Shown here one piece after another: positions 31,972 to 32,266 of a stretch of DNA of 32,266 nucleotides. A program made the translations under genes and the position numbers. The stretch's first letter is position 1. Each line of letters begins with the position of its first letter. Under the pieces are notes generated by a model. It saw nothing but the letters and a program-made list of their open reading frames with translations, had not been told where the DNA came from and did not search any database. The stretch comes from Candidatus Apopatocola equi (GTDB taxonomy: Bacteria > Bacillota > Clostridia > Oscillospirales > Oscillospiraceae), in assembly GCA_018065965.1 (NCBI GenBank), contig JAGHSH010000095.1, forward strand, positions 1 to 32,266. The letters run 5' to 3'.

Positions 31972-32266
31972 TTACGCCTGCTCCGTTTCTTCTTCCTCAA
32001 AAGAATCATCGTCCACGCCGTATTCCTCCGGGAACAGTTCTTTCAGAGTCTCCGACGGCTCGCAGGAAACGTACTCAACGGCAACACCCTCGCGGATGTC
32101 GGCGGTATAGTTTACTCCTTTGTTAGTCCAAAGTCGTACTGCAAATAATCCGGAAGTTCGCTGTCCATATGAATATCGAAGAGCAGCGTTCCTTTGGGAT
32201 TATCTGTCTTTCTTGGATTCTTCATAACGCCCTCACCTACGTAGGTAAAGGGCATTACAATCCCAT
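31972..32266 (-). pseudogene. partial minus-strand coding region at the window edge, apparently frameshifted
   Basis: One frame is open from 32266 to TAA 32112-32114 (...GIVMPFTYVGEGVMKNPRKTDNPKGTLLFDIHMDSELPDYLQYDFGLTKE*). An overlapping frame continues ...TNKGVNYTADIREGVAVEYVSCEPSETLKELFPEEYGVDDDSFEEEETEQA* to 31972 but has no start codon. Confidence 0.3.

Noticed and set aside
31146-32266. Integrated prophage or integrative element at tRNA-fMet
   Set aside because: There is no integrase and no direct repeat of the tRNA 3' end (…TTCAAGTCCTTCCCCCGCAACCA) within the remaining 1.1 kb. Only the compositional shift and a single cargo gene are visible, so the element type cannot be called.

Overview
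This is a high-GC (about 60-65% by eye) Clostridia-type chromosomal segment. Its core genes are ctsR/mcsA-like/clpC, a 2x[4Fe-4S] ferredoxin, a CDF exporter, a glycine-riboswitch-controlled APC permease, a ZIP transporter, a rubrerythrin/thioredoxin/small sulfite-reductase-like cluster, tex, a DUF853 ATPase, a hydantoinase-family protein, spoVT and an initiator tRNA-fMet. Two low-GC accessory segments interrupt it. (1) A 5.7-kb island (about 12.15-17.9 kb), entirely on the minus strand, looks like an array of orphan polymorphic-toxin modules. It holds two host-GC RHS/YD fragments joined to low-GC tails, each followed by a small immunity-like ORF, plus DUF4259-like and WapI-like immunity candidates. 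The array is punctuated by a 49-bp hairpin-containing direct repeat placed right after two stop codons, and one cassette is bracketed by a 46-bp inverted repeat. (2) An islet directly after tRNA-fMet carries a 218-aa Pol-beta-type nucleotidyltransferase with its own consensus promoter. Other points worth a second look are an in-frame TAG splitting clpC, a ctsR operon without mcsB, a terminator-type leader upstream of the CDF gene, and several gene remnants (pepF-like, XRE, RHS). Many long ORFs in the six-frame track are antisense artefacts of the high GC content. All family assignments rest on motifs read by eye and need HMM or BLAST confirmation.
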